A stretch of DNA of 64,000 nt, taken from NCBI GenBank assembly GCA_020350885.1, contig CP070727.1, positions 2,037,163 to 2,101,162 of the forward strand, in the 5' to 3' direction. The notes under the pieces are model-generated. The model saw only the letters and a list, made by a program, of their open reading frames with translations, had not been told where the DNA came from and did no database searches. This DNA comes from a bacterium (lineage in GTDB: Bacteria; Krumholzibacteriota; Krumholzibacteriia; Krumholzibacteriales; Krumholzibacteriaceae). The translations under genes were made by a program, and so were the position numbers. Below, piece after piece: positions 1 to 9,115 of this stretch. Position 1 is the first letter of the stretch; every line of letters begins with the position of its first letter.

Positions 1-26
1 CGGCAGCTCACACTTTACGAAGGTAG

Positions 27-1799
27 GTGACTACAATGGATAAGAAGGGAATGAGGGCATGCTTATGCCTGCTCTTCTTGGGAGCACTTCTCCTCCCGGT
101 GTCCGCATTGGCCCAGAATACAACCGTTGCCTTCGGCGGGGGCAATGACACACTGTATGTGACCGACCAAGCCGGCAATTACATTTACAGAAACACCCTC
201 TATGATGATGTCATAGCCGTCGATGTATCCGGTAACGGACGGTATATCGTCGCCGCTACTCGTGACACGCTCTACCTCTTCGATAGGGTATCCAGCGGTT
301 CCGTCGTTCAGAAATGGACCAAGGCGATTACCGTATCCGAGTCTTTTTGCGGTGCCTGGGCAGGCAAGGAATCTAAATCGGTGAGCATCTCGGCGAGCGG
401 GGCCTGGATCGCCGTGGCATGTAGCGATGCCTTGCGTGTCTACACGAACTCAGGCACCCTCCACTGGCAGAGCAACGGCCAGGAGACCTGCGTGTCACTC
501 TCCGAGTACGGCAATTACATCGCCGCATGCGATTGCAACTTCGGTTGGGTCGATTTCTACAATATCCGCAGCAACATGCCGTTCTGGACGGTGAATATCG
601 ACGCCTTCTGGGTCATGACATCGGACGAGGGATACACCGTTGCAAGCTCACGCAACGACATGATCTATCTCTTCGATAACACCGGTCTCGTGATCTGGAC
701 GTATGCGAACCCACGGTGGTCGGGCGGGGATTATATACGTGTCGATATCACCCGAAACGGAAAATCGTGTGTCGCGGTGAACGACGATTCCAGCGACGAC
801 AACGGCTGTAACCTTGTCTACTTCAATCACATGAAGGATGGCTTATCGGGCTGGGCACCGGCCGATGGGATACCACAGTGGACATATACACCCACGCCAG
901 ATGAACCCGGCAACGATTACTACACGGTGGCGATCTCGACGGATGGCGACTACTGCGGAGCGGGAGGGGCTCTCGTAAACACGGTGACCGTTCCCGCCGC
1001 AGGACCGCCCCCGGTGCAAAACTTCCCCATCAGCGGCGCGCAGTCGGTAGAATACGTCTACGACGGTGTCTACGGCGGCTTCGTGACCTACGTTGGGGGC
1101 GTATACTATTTCAACGTCAACACGGGCATGGTCTGGGCAGACACTGTGATCGGCGGGGATTGGAGCCTGCGGGTTATTGATCTCGAGTACTACATGCCGC
1201 TCGATGTCGGTCTCTCGAACTTCGAGGCACACTTTGACGGTCACGCCATGCAGATCGCTTGGTCAACGGCCTCGGAGACCAATGCTGCAGGCTTCAACAT
1301 ACTTCGTAGCACAAGCAGGGGCGGCGATCGCATGCAGATCAACGATGAACTGATCCCTGCCAAGGGATCCACCATCGAGGGCGCCTCGTATGCTTTCACT
1401 GACAAGAATGTCACCAACAGCGGCACTTATTACTACTGGCTCGAGGATGTCGACCTATCTGGCTCCAGCACCGTGCACGGACCGGTTCTGGTGTCGCCTG
1501 GTGGCGGGAACGACATACCGGCCGTTTTCAGGCTTGACCAGAACTATCCCAATCCATTCAATCCGATAACCGAGATCAGCTACGATCTCCCCGTCGACTG
1601 CCATGTAACCCTTGAGGTCTACAACGTTTTCGGACAGAGGGTCGCTACGCTCGTCGACGCACACCAGGCAGCCGGCACTAAGGTGGTCCAGTGGGAAGCC
1701 AGAGATGAGAGCGGAATGGCAGTGACAAGCGGTGTCTATTTCTACAAGCTGCAGGCAGGCAGCTTCTCGGCGATTCGAAAGATGGTACTGCTGCGATAA
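27..1799 (+). CDS. Secreted beta-propeller-like repeat protein with a T9SS type-A C-terminal sorting domain (Por_Secre_tail)
   Basis: N-terminal signal peptide (MRACLCLLFLGALLLPVSALA). Repeated blade-like motifs are present (YIVAATRDTLYLFD, YTVASSRNDMIYLFD). The last ~85 aa (LDQNYPNPFNPITEISYDLP...SGVYFYKLQAGSFSAIRKMVLLR) match the classic T9SS type-A CTD consensus. Start may be at 36 or 51. Confidence 0.75.
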   Translation: MTTMDKKGMRACLCLLFLGALLLPVSALAQNTTVAFGGGNDTLYVTDQAGNYIYRNTLYDDVIAVDVSGNGRYIVAATRDTLYLFDRVSSGSVVQKWTKAITVSESFCGAWAGKESKSVSISASGAWIAVACSDALRVYTNSGTLHWQSNGQETCVSLSEYGNYIAACDCNFGWVDFYNIRSNMPFWTVNIDAFWVMTSDEGYTVASSRNDMIYLFDNTGLVIWTYANPRWSGGDYIRVDITRNGKSCVAVNDDSSDDNGCNLVYFNHMKDGLSGWAPADGIPQWTYTPTPDEPGNDYYTVAISTDGDYCGAGGALVNTVTVPAAGPPPVQNFPISGAQSVEYVYDGVYGGFVTYVGGVYYFNVNTGMVWADTVIGGDWSLRVIDLEYYMPLDVGLSNFEAHFDGHAMQIAWSTASETNAAGFNILRSTSRGGDRMQINDELIPAKGSTIEGASYAFTDKNVTNSGTYYYWLEDVDLSGSSTVHGPVLVSPGGGNDIPAVFRLDQNYPNPFNPITEISYDLPVDCHVTLEVYNVFGQRVATLVDAHQAAGTKVVQWEARDESGMAVTSGVYFYKLQAGSFSAIRKMVLLR

Positions 1800-1847
1800 A
1801 ACCGAGGGGATGGTATATCTGTAGTCCAATATGCCTCCTCTGATGAA

Positions 1848-1885
1848 GCGGGGGAGCGGGAAACCGCTTCCCCGATTCTCTATAA
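1848..1885 (+). terminator. Rho-independent terminator after the T9SS cargo gene
   Basis: 10-bp GC-rich stem gggggagcgg/ccgcttcccc with one G-U wobble and a GAAA tetraloop, followed by a T-rich tract (gattctctataattct). Confidence 0.5.
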
Positions 1886-2058
1886 TTCTAGTTATTCCAA
1901 TGGATAAAAGATATCCCATCTCGGTATTTTTACATTTGTCTCAAGATCGGTGATCTGTTATTATTATAATGAATGATAGTTCAGGCATCCCTGCGCACCT
2001 GCTTTAGATAGATGAACTGTGCCAGATTATATGATCCCCTGGGAAATCGGAGGATGAA

Positions 2059-3105
2059 ATGCGGTTTCTGATTTTATCTATCTGCATCCTTGCACTCACA
2101 CTACCCTCGGAATCGCATGGAGAAAAGTACGCCGGAGAGTTCATGGCGCTCGGTGGCGGCGCCCGGGCCATGGGTATGGGGGGGACCTTCATCGCAATCG
2201 CCAACGATGCGACAACCACATTCTGGAATCCGGCCGGTCTTGCGGGCTTCTCTTCGATGCTCGCCTCTCCCGAGAACTGGGAGATCTCGTTGATGAAATC
2301 CGCACGCTTCGGAAATCTCATCGACTACCACTTCGTCTCCGCCGCCTTTCCGCTACGCGGGGGCGAATCCGGTTGGGGGGTTACATTCATTCACATGGGG
2401 ATCGATGATATTCCGATCTTCCCCTGGTCGCCGGGCATGATCGGCAATTCCGACGGTGACGACAGGTTCGAACCCTGGGACGATGAATACCTCAACTTCG
2501 ATTACGAGAACTTAGTACTCGAGAGCGCGAACGATTTCGCCCTCTTTCTCTCGTACGCCCAGCGCATGCGGTTCGGCTCATTCGGCGCTTCGGTGAAGTT
2601 CATCCGGAATGACCAGGTAACCGATGTAACGAGTTTCGGCGTGGGGCTCGATATCGGCTACCTGAAAGAAGGTGTCGTGCGGGATCTCATCGTGGGTGTC
2701 AAGCTTCAGGATATCACCGGGACATATATCAGCTGGAGCACGGGGGAGAAGGAGTTCATAAATCCGGCGGTGAAAGTCGGGCTCGCATATCCGCTCCGCT
2801 TGAAGAGCATGGAGAGTGTCCTGCTCCTTGCCGTGGACGGGGATTTTCGATTCGAAGACCGGCAGACCGCCTCGCAGTTCTGGATCGGACGGTCGAGTGC
2901 CGACTTCCATCTGGGAGCCGAGCTGACCATCCGAAGGCTCGTTGCCCTTCGGGGCGGTCTCGACATGGGGCGTCCGACCGCCGGTGCGGGATTCGTCTTA
3001 CGGGATTTCGGCCCCTGGCACGTCTCGGTCGGGGTTGACTATGCGCTGCTGGTCCATGACAAACTGGATACGACCCATCGAGTTTCACTCCTGCTTGCAC
3101 ACTGA
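2059..3105 (+). CDS. FadL/PorV/PorQ-like outer-membrane beta-barrel protein (possible T9SS-associated outer-membrane protein)
   Basis: Signal peptide MRFLILSICILALTLPSESHG. The N-terminal motif GGGARAMGMGGTFIAIANDATTTFWNPAGLAGF matches the FadL/PorV/PorQ family signature (G.G.A...ADDAS..F.NPAGL). Size (348 aa) fits PorQ-like barrels, but the C-terminus does not end in an aromatic residue. Confidence 0.5.
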   Translation: MRFLILSICILALTLPSESHGEKYAGEFMALGGGARAMGMGGTFIAIANDATTTFWNPAGLAGFSSMLASPENWEISLMKSARFGNLIDYHFVSAAFPLRGGESGWGVTFIHMGIDDIPIFPWSPGMIGNSDGDDRFEPWDDEYLNFDYENLVLESANDFALFLSYAQRMRFGSFGASVKFIRNDQVTDVTSFGVGLDIGYLKEGVVRDLIVGVKLQDITGTYISWSTGEKEFINPAVKVGLAYPLRLKSMESVLLLAVDGDFRFEDRQTASQFWIGRSSADFHLGAELTIRRLVALRGGLDMGRPTAGAGFVLRDFGPWHVSVGVDYALLVHDKLDTTHRVSLLLAH

Positions 3106-3159
3106 TCCGGACCGGCTGTTTCACGGGATAGCGTCTATATACAGAGGTTAATCAATCCC

Positions 3160-4380
3160 TTGAGATTGTTCACGATGATACTTGCCGGAGGAACCGGTGA
3201 GGAGCTGTCAGTGCTTACACGGCAGCGGGCCAAGACGGCTCTCCCCTTCGGGGGACGGTACCGGATCATCGATTTCTGTCTGAGCAACTGCGTCCACTCA
3301 GGTGTTGGCGAGATCGCCGTGCTGGCGCAGTACTCCCCGAGATCCCTCATCGACCATATCAGGATGGGAAAACCATGGGACCTCGACCGAAGGAGCGGCG
3401 GCGTCTTCATACTGCAACCGAGCCTACTCGGTGAAGTGGCCCAGTGGTACCTCGGCACCGCAGAGGCGCTCTACCAGAATATCGACGTGATCCGCAACTC
3501 GAAGGCCGAGCATGTGCTGGTCCTCTCCGGAGACCAAGTCTACCTGATGGACTACCGGCGCATGGCGGAGTATCACCGCAGCCACGGAAGGCCGGTGACG
3601 ATCGCCATAAAAGAGGTTCACCCGAGCCAACGCTCACGATTCGGCATGGTACGGCACACGAAGGACGGGCTTATCTCCGCATTCAGGGAGAAACCGGCAT
3701 CATCCAACTACCGGCACGCATCACTCGGGATCTACCTCTTCGACAGGGAATTTCTCCTCGACCTCCTGGAACCCGAGAAGACCGACATCGTCTTCGATCT
3801 GGTAATGCCCCTCCTTGCCAAGAGGCGTGTCGCCGGGTACGAGTTCGACGGATACTGGGACGATCTCGGTTCCGTCACGAGTTATTACCGTGCCTCGTTA
3901 CGCCTTCTGGGTCAACGATCACTGATCGCCGACAGCCACTGGCCGATATTTACGAGGGGGGCCGACCTGCCACCGGCGAAGTTCGCTGCGAGCTCGTCGG
4001 TCGAACGCTCCATCATCGCCGATGGCTGCACTATCGAGGGTGATGTCGCAAACAGCATCCTCTTTCCCGGCGTCCATATCGCAAAAGGAACCGTCGTGAG
4101 GGATAGCATCATCTTCTCATTCACGAAGGTCGGGCATGGAGCCCGGATCAACAGAGCGATTATCGACAAGTGGGTCTCGGCCGGTGCCGGATCACGAATC
4201 GGCACGGGCCGCGGTACAGCAGCACGCCACAGACGTACAGAACGCGGCCGGGGAAAACAGCGGCGGACTCCGGGGATCACGCTCGTCGGGAAGTCGGTCC
4301 GTATCTCCCGGGGTGCTTCGATCGGGGCGGGGGAAGTCATCGAGCCACACTTCTCCGTAAAAAGAACGGATGCCTCGTGA
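3160..4380 (+). CDS. glgD: Glucose-1-phosphate adenylyltransferase family protein, GlgD-like (degenerate nucleotide-binding motif)
   Basis: ADP-glucose pyrophosphorylase fold (ILAGG...PFGGRYRIIDFCLSNCVHSG...GTAEALYQNID). Left-handed beta-helix C-terminus. The GGxGxRL motif is GGTGEEL (Arg replaced), as in non-catalytic GlgD subunits. Arg-rich C-terminal tail. Confidence 0.6.
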   Translation: MRLFTMILAGGTGEELSVLTRQRAKTALPFGGRYRIIDFCLSNCVHSGVGEIAVLAQYSPRSLIDHIRMGKPWDLDRRSGGVFILQPSLLGEVAQWYLGTAEALYQNIDVIRNSKAEHVLVLSGDQVYLMDYRRMAEYHRSHGRPVTIAIKEVHPSQRSRFGMVRHTKDGLISAFREKPASSNYRHASLGIYLFDREFLLDLLEPEKTDIVFDLVMPLLAKRRVAGYEFDGYWDDLGSVTSYYRASLRLLGQRSLIADSHWPIFTRGADLPPAKFAASSSVERSIIADGCTIEGDVANSILFPGVHIAKGTVVRDSIIFSFTKVGHGARINRAIIDKWVSAGAGSRIGTGRGTAARHRRTERGRGKQRRTPGITLVGKSVRISRGASIGAGEVIEPHFSVKRTDAS

Positions 4381-5660
4381 GGGAACAAGCGGTCAAAACG
4401 GTCGCGCTCATTCTAGCCGGCGGCATCGGGAAACGGCTCAGCCTGCTCACCCGGTACCGGGCGAAGCCGGCCGTACAGTTCGCCGGCAGCTACCGTATCA
4501 TCGACTTCACGATGACGAACTGTGTACGCTCGGGAATCGACAACATATTCATCCTCACGCAATACATATCACGCTCGCTCTCCCGCCATATCGGTATCGG
4601 CAAGCCATGGGACCTCGATAGGGCGTATGGTGGAGTACACCTTCTCCATCCGCATCTCGGTTACCAGGCGGCGGACTGGTATCAGGGTACCGCGGATGCG
4701 ATCTATCAGAATATCACGGTGCTGCGGGAGCTCGATTGTGATCTCGTCATGATCCTCTCGGGGGATCACGTCTACCGGATGGACTACCGAGAATTCATCG
4801 ATTTCCATGTTGCATGCGGACTCCCGGCTTCGGTTGGTGTGGTCGAGGTGCCGCGCTCGTTATGCAGGGAATTTGGAATCGCCACGATCGGTACGCACGC
4901 AAAGATCGTGCGTTTTCAGGAGAAGCCTGTCCGGTCAAAGAGCAATCTCGCTTCGATGGGCATCTATATCTTCGACAGATCATTCTTGATACGGACCCTA
5001 GCCGAGTTCAAGCGCTTCCACGATGATCTCGATTTCGGAAAGCATGTGATTCCCCGCCTGGTGCAACGCCGCCTGGTCTCGGCACATCGCTTCGCTGGTT
5101 ACTGGCTGGATATCGGAACCCTCAAGAGCTACTTCTCCGCCAGCCTCGGGCTGCTCGCCGACAGGCCACGGCTCAAGCTCCACGACCCCGAAAACCCCAT
5201 CCTCACCGTTCCAGACGATAATCCGCCTGTCGTGGTGGATTCACGGGCCAATGTGCGCCGTTCGCTCGTCAGTAACGGCTGTGTGATCCGTGGTGATGTG
5301 ACCTCCTCGATCCTCTCACCCGGTGTGGTGGTGGGGCGGGATGCACGGATTGAGCGGTCCATCATTTTTTCCGAGTGTATCATCGAGCCGGGGGCCTTCG
5401 TGAAGGATACGATCATCGATAAACAGTGCCGCATCGGACGGAATACAACGATCGGACTCGGCAATAGGGCCATACCCAATCAACGCCAACCGTCCTATCT
5501 CGATTTCGGACTCACACTCATCGGGCGGAAGACCGATATCCCGGCCGGCTTGCATATCGGAACGAACTGCCTTGTGTGCGGCAGCCCCGCGCACGGACGG
5601 ATCCCCAAAAAGGACATCGGGGATGGTGGCTATTCGGTAGCGGGAGATTCGGGTCTTTAA
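4377..5660 (+). CDS. glgC: Glucose-1-phosphate adenylyltransferase (catalytic GlgC)
   Basis: Canonical LAGGIGKRLSLLT motif, then PAVQFAGSYRIIDF and QGTADAIYQN. The track ORF 4170..5660 was trimmed to the in-frame GTG at 4377, which overlaps the glgD-like stop (GTGA). Left-handed beta-helix C-terminus. Confidence 0.8.
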   Translation: MREQAVKTVALILAGGIGKRLSLLTRYRAKPAVQFAGSYRIIDFTMTNCVRSGIDNIFILTQYISRSLSRHIGIGKPWDLDRAYGGVHLLHPHLGYQAADWYQGTADAIYQNITVLRELDCDLVMILSGDHVYRMDYREFIDFHVACGLPASVGVVEVPRSLCREFGIATIGTHAKIVRFQEKPVRSKSNLASMGIYIFDRSFLIRTLAEFKRFHDDLDFGKHVIPRLVQRRLVSAHRFAGYWLDIGTLKSYFSASLGLLADRPRLKLHDPENPILTVPDDNPPVVVDSRANVRRSLVSNGCVIRGDVTSSILSPGVVVGRDARIERSIIFSECIIEPGAFVKDTIIDKQCRIGRNTTIGLGNRAIPNQRQPSYLDFGLTLIGRKTDIPAGLHIGTNCLVCGSPAHGRIPKKDIGDGGYSVAGDSGL

Positions 5661-5662
5661 TT

Positions 5663-7483
5663 TCAATCCAACCAGATCGCAATTCGGTCACCGGGGTAGA
5701 GCTTATCGCGATTGATCCCTTCGTTCCAGGCAAGGATCCTGGCGATGCTTATGTTGTACCGCCTGCTGATCGAGCTCAGCGTCTCTCCCCGCCTGACAAT
5801 ATGCACAATCTTGTTTTTTTCCTGCATCGTGATGCCATCGATCACACCTTCAGGAGCGGGATCGGTGATTGCCCTGTCCGGGGGAACGTATATGACCAAA
5901 CGGTCGCCGGGATGGATCAGGGATGTGTAACGGAGGTTGTTCCATGCGCGCAGGCGGCTCAGTCGCACCTTGAACCGCTCGGCTATCTCGCTCAACGTGT
6001 CGTTGTCCCTGACGGTGTAGACGATCTTCCTGTAACCCGAGGGCGCCCGATACCGTTTCATGGTGATCTTGTCGGGAAGCTTGGGTGGTGTACGGTACCC
6101 CGGCTGGCTGGACGCCGTTGCAGCAGGTGTCGCATCCTTGACCGGGATCAGGAGTATCTTCCCCTCCCTGATCCGATGGACGTTTCTGATCCCGTTAATC
6201 CTCTTTATCTCGCTCACCGAGATCTCGTAACGGTCTGCGATACGGGAGAGTGCCTCGCCCCGCTTCACCCTGTGCTTGTGCCATGAGACACGTTCCCCGG
6301 GTGGGATTTCGGCAAGCCCCTCCAGACACCGTTCACCCGTACCCTCGGGGACTTTGAGCTCGATCACCATGCCGGGCGGCGTGGCCCAGCGCTTGAGCGC
6401 CGGATTCAAATCCTCGAGGGTCCGCAGGGTACACCCGGCCTTCTTGGCTATCAACCGCAGGTCGGTGGATTGTTCTATCGTAATAATATCGAACCGTATG
6501 GGCTCCACCGATGTTTTCCTGAAGCCGTACCGCGACGGCTCTCGCGCAATCGTCAGGGCCGCCATGAACTTCGGTACGAACCACTTTGTCTGGTTCGGTA
6601 AACGGAGCTTCCAGTAGTCGTCGGTCTTCTGGCGGGAAATCGCGTGCGCTACCCGGTACTCCCCTGCGTTGTACGAGGCGAGCGCGAGGGGCCACGAACC
6701 GAAGAGATCGTGAAGATGCTTGAGATAATGCGCGGCGGCATACGTGGATGCTATGATATCGCGCCGTTCGTCGATCCACCAGTTGATGCGCAATCCGAAG
6801 AGCCGACCGGTCCCGGCCATGAACTGCCATGGCCCGACCGCCTTCATTCGCGACCGGGCCCTCAGATTGAGCCCGCTCTCGATGACCGCCAGGTAGAGAA
6901 GATCCCGGGGAATCCCGACTTCTATCAGGATCGGTTCGATCAACTCTCGGTATTTCTCGGCACGGAGGAGCCAGCGGCGGAAGTTCCGCCGCCCCCTTCC
7001 CTGGAAATATTTTATCCAGTGTTTTGTCCGCCAGTTGAAGACGATCTCGATCTCGTCCTCGACGACATGATTCGCCGTAATAGAATCGAGTACGGCGGTG
7101 ATATGAAACCTCGAGTCACGCTCGAGCTCCTCGTACGATACCCGCTCGAGCAGGCATCGGGACCTGTCCTCGAGCGTTTCGAGAAACTCGCATACCGCCG
7201 GCTCGGGTACCGTCTCCTTCATCTCGTGAATCGTCTTGATAAGATCTTCGCTCAGAAAGAGGGAGGATTCTAGATCGCCGAAATAGAAGTATGAATAGGC
7301 GCGATCGAGCTTCTCCTGAATGATATGTAGTTGTGGATAAATAAGATACATCTCCTCCTCGTGATCGAAGTCGGATATCCCGACATGATCGGCTCCATCT
7401 GTGGTGCCCCGTTTCGGGACGCGGCAACCACAGGAGAGGAGGAGCGGAAGAAGGATAAGTACTATCACAGACCTGCTGCTCAT
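5663..7483 (-). CDS. mltD: Membrane-bound lytic murein transglycosylase D-like lipoprotein (SLT domain plus multiple LysM domains)
   Basis: Lipoprotein signal (LLLSCGC). SLT catalytic region (LAVIESGLNLRARSRMKAVGPWQFMAGTG, ASYNAGEYRV). Three C-terminal LysM-like repeats (e.g. HKHRVKRGEALSRIADRYEISVSEIKRINGI and HIVRRGETLSSISRRYNISIARILAWN). Confidence 0.8.
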   Translation of the reverse strand: MSSRSVIVLILLPLLLSCGCRVPKRGTTDGADHVGISDFDHEEEMYLIYPQLHIIQEKLDRAYSYFYFGDLESSLFLSEDLIKTIHEMKETVPEPAVCEFLETLEDRSRCLLERVSYEELERDSRFHITAVLDSITANHVVEDEIEIVFNWRTKHWIKYFQGRGRRNFRRWLLRAEKYRELIEPILIEVGIPRDLLYLAVIESGLNLRARSRMKAVGPWQFMAGTGRLFGLRINWWIDERRDIIASTYAAAHYLKHLHDLFGSWPLALASYNAGEYRVAHAISRQKTDDYWKLRLPNQTKWFVPKFMAALTIAREPSRYGFRKTSVEPIRFDIITIEQSTDLRLIAKKAGCTLRTLEDLNPALKRWATPPGMVIELKVPEGTGERCLEGLAEIPPGERVSWHKHRVKRGEALSRIADRYEISVSEIKRINGIRNVHRIREGKILLIPVKDATPAATASSQPGYRTPPKLPDKITMKRYRAPSGYRKIVYTVRDNDTLSEIAERFKVRLSRLRAWNNLRYTSLIHPGDRLVIYVPPDRAITDPAPEGVIDGITMQEKNKIVHIVRRGETLSSISRRYNISIARILAWNEGINRDKLYPGDRIAIWLD

Positions 7484-7729
7484 CTCTTCCAGCCCTTCAC
7501 AACTTGCGTCAATATATATAAAAGCGTTCTACTATTCAAGATAATGTTGCGTTACCGCCTCCTCAACGGATCCGCGCCCGGCGATACGCACCGGACCGAG
7601 GGGATCCTATCCTCTCCTATACACACTTCGTGCCAAACAGCACCGGGTTGTTTTGGTGGAAATGGAGTATTAAATATAGTATAATTATTAAAGAAAACAA
7701 TAATAGGCAGTTATAGGAGCTGAACGAAC
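7484..7729. promoter_or_regulatory. Divergent promoter region between mltD and the GGDEF gene
   Basis: 246-bp AT-rich intergenic region between divergently transcribed genes. Contains a tataat-like hexamer (taaatatagtataattattaaag) about 40 bp upstream of the GGDEF start. Confidence 0.3.
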
Positions 7730-9043
7730 ATGCAACGGGGTTACGAGAAGAATTATCGTTTTCTTATCTCGAGGATAATCCCGAGGAATCTCCTTTCCCC
7801 CAGCCGGCAGGGCAGCCTGCGAGATGCCCTGGCCGGCAACAATAAGGTCGAGATGATCAGGGAGGCGTATCTCTCCCTCGAGGAGCTGACGCGCCTGGGT
7901 GCCTACCGGAAAGACGACGTTGAACGCTCCGATAGCACGGTCGCCCTCTCGTATCTACGCGTCGGACACCCAACACGAATCACACTGGAGATGACGGGAG
8001 ACGAATGGGAGATCATCTCGGGTGAAAAGGATCGCCCGGTGGAAGGGATCCTGCCCTCCGTATTCGCGGGAATCATCTCTTCCATGGCTCTGAACGATTC
8101 TCCGAAGACATTCTCGAAGAGGATCGAGGATCTTCTTGCACTGCTCCGGCAGATAAACAGCACCTCCAAAGGTCATCTCATACTCCTCCAGGAGCTGCCC
8201 CTGGACAGCGGTCAGGGAAGGGATCTGATAAAATTCACGTCATGGAGCAAACTCTCGACAAACAGGTTTTACCGCTCGAGCATGACCAGCGGCCTATCCC
8301 ATACCTTTATCCGACTGAGCAAGAACTACAGGGGTAACAATCTCTTTCCCATACGAGAGGGCACGCGGTCGATCGTATTGGTGCCACTCGTATCCGTGGA
8401 TACCAAATGGGGTATCCTCGAAATCCACTTCCTCACGGAAGATGCACTCGACAGGGAAAGTTTCTTCAATTTTTATCTACTGGGACAGGGAATCATCCGG
8501 ATTCTGGAAAACAACAGACATCTCCAGAAGATGGTCTCGGTCGACAGGCTCACACAGGTGCACAACCGGAATTACTACGAATCGCAACTTCCGCTGGAGA
8601 TCGAGCGGGCGAACCGTGACAGGAAGAATCTGGCCTTTCTCATTATGGACATCGATGACTTTAAAAATGTGAACGACCGGTACGGACACGACGTCGGCGA
8701 TGGAGTACTCCGGATCATCGCTCAAACGGTCAGGAGTCATTTGCGTAAGATCGATCTCCTCATCAGGTATGGGGGGGAGGAGTTCATTGCCCTGTTGCCC
8801 GGGGCCGGTAGGGAAGATGCCGAGCGGACAGCGGAGAGGCTCAGGGAGGTTGTGGAGCACACCGCACATACCCTCGAAGACGGCAGCAAGGTACATGCAA
8901 CCATCAGCATCGGCGGATGCGTGTATCCCGATGATGCGCAGAACGAGATCGAGCTCTTCAGGGTTGCCGACAAGGCGCTCTATCTCTCGAAGCGGGACGG
9001 AAAAAACAAGGTAACGTTTTACGAATCGTACGATATGAAATGA
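7730..9043 (+). CDS. Diguanylate cyclase (GGDEF) with an N-terminal GAF-like sensory region
   Basis: C-terminal GGDEF domain with intact GGEEF active site and RxxD I-site (RKIDLLIRYGGEEF). Also DIDDFKNVNDRYGHDVGD. About 260 aa of N-terminal sensor region. Confidence 0.8.
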   Translation: MQRGYEKNYRFLISRIIPRNLLSPSRQGSLRDALAGNNKVEMIREAYLSLEELTRLGAYRKDDVERSDSTVALSYLRVGHPTRITLEMTGDEWEIISGEKDRPVEGILPSVFAGIISSMALNDSPKTFSKRIEDLLALLRQINSTSKGHLILLQELPLDSGQGRDLIKFTSWSKLSTNRFYRSSMTSGLSHTFIRLSKNYRGNNLFPIREGTRSIVLVPLVSVDTKWGILEIHFLTEDALDRESFFNFYLLGQGIIRILENNRHLQKMVSVDRLTQVHNRNYYESQLPLEIERANRDRKNLAFLIMDIDDFKNVNDRYGHDVGDGVLRIIAQTVRSHLRKIDLLIRYGGEEFIALLPGAGREDAERTAERLREVVEHTAHTLEDGSKVHATISIGGCVYPDDAQNEIELFRVADKALYLSKRDGKNKVTFYESYDMK

Positions 9044-9115
9044 ACTCGCGCTGCGGCACCTGCCGTACGAGGATCAGGTGTACCGTAGTGCCCCAGACAA
9101 CGGCGTGGGAGGTTT

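Noticed and set aside
2004-2331. Small overlapping ORFs (2004..2321 minus, 2090..2293 plus, 2101..2331 minus) around the start of the PorQ-like gene
   Set aside because: They overlap the well-supported signal-peptide-bearing ORF 2059..3105 and have no conserved features. They are GC-frame artefacts.
4170-4376. N-terminal extension of the ORF-track glgC ORF overlapping glgD by ~210 nt
   Set aside because: The extension translates to low-complexity sequence with no GlgC similarity. The conserved GlgC N-terminus begins right after the in-frame GTG at 4377, which overlaps the glgD stop.
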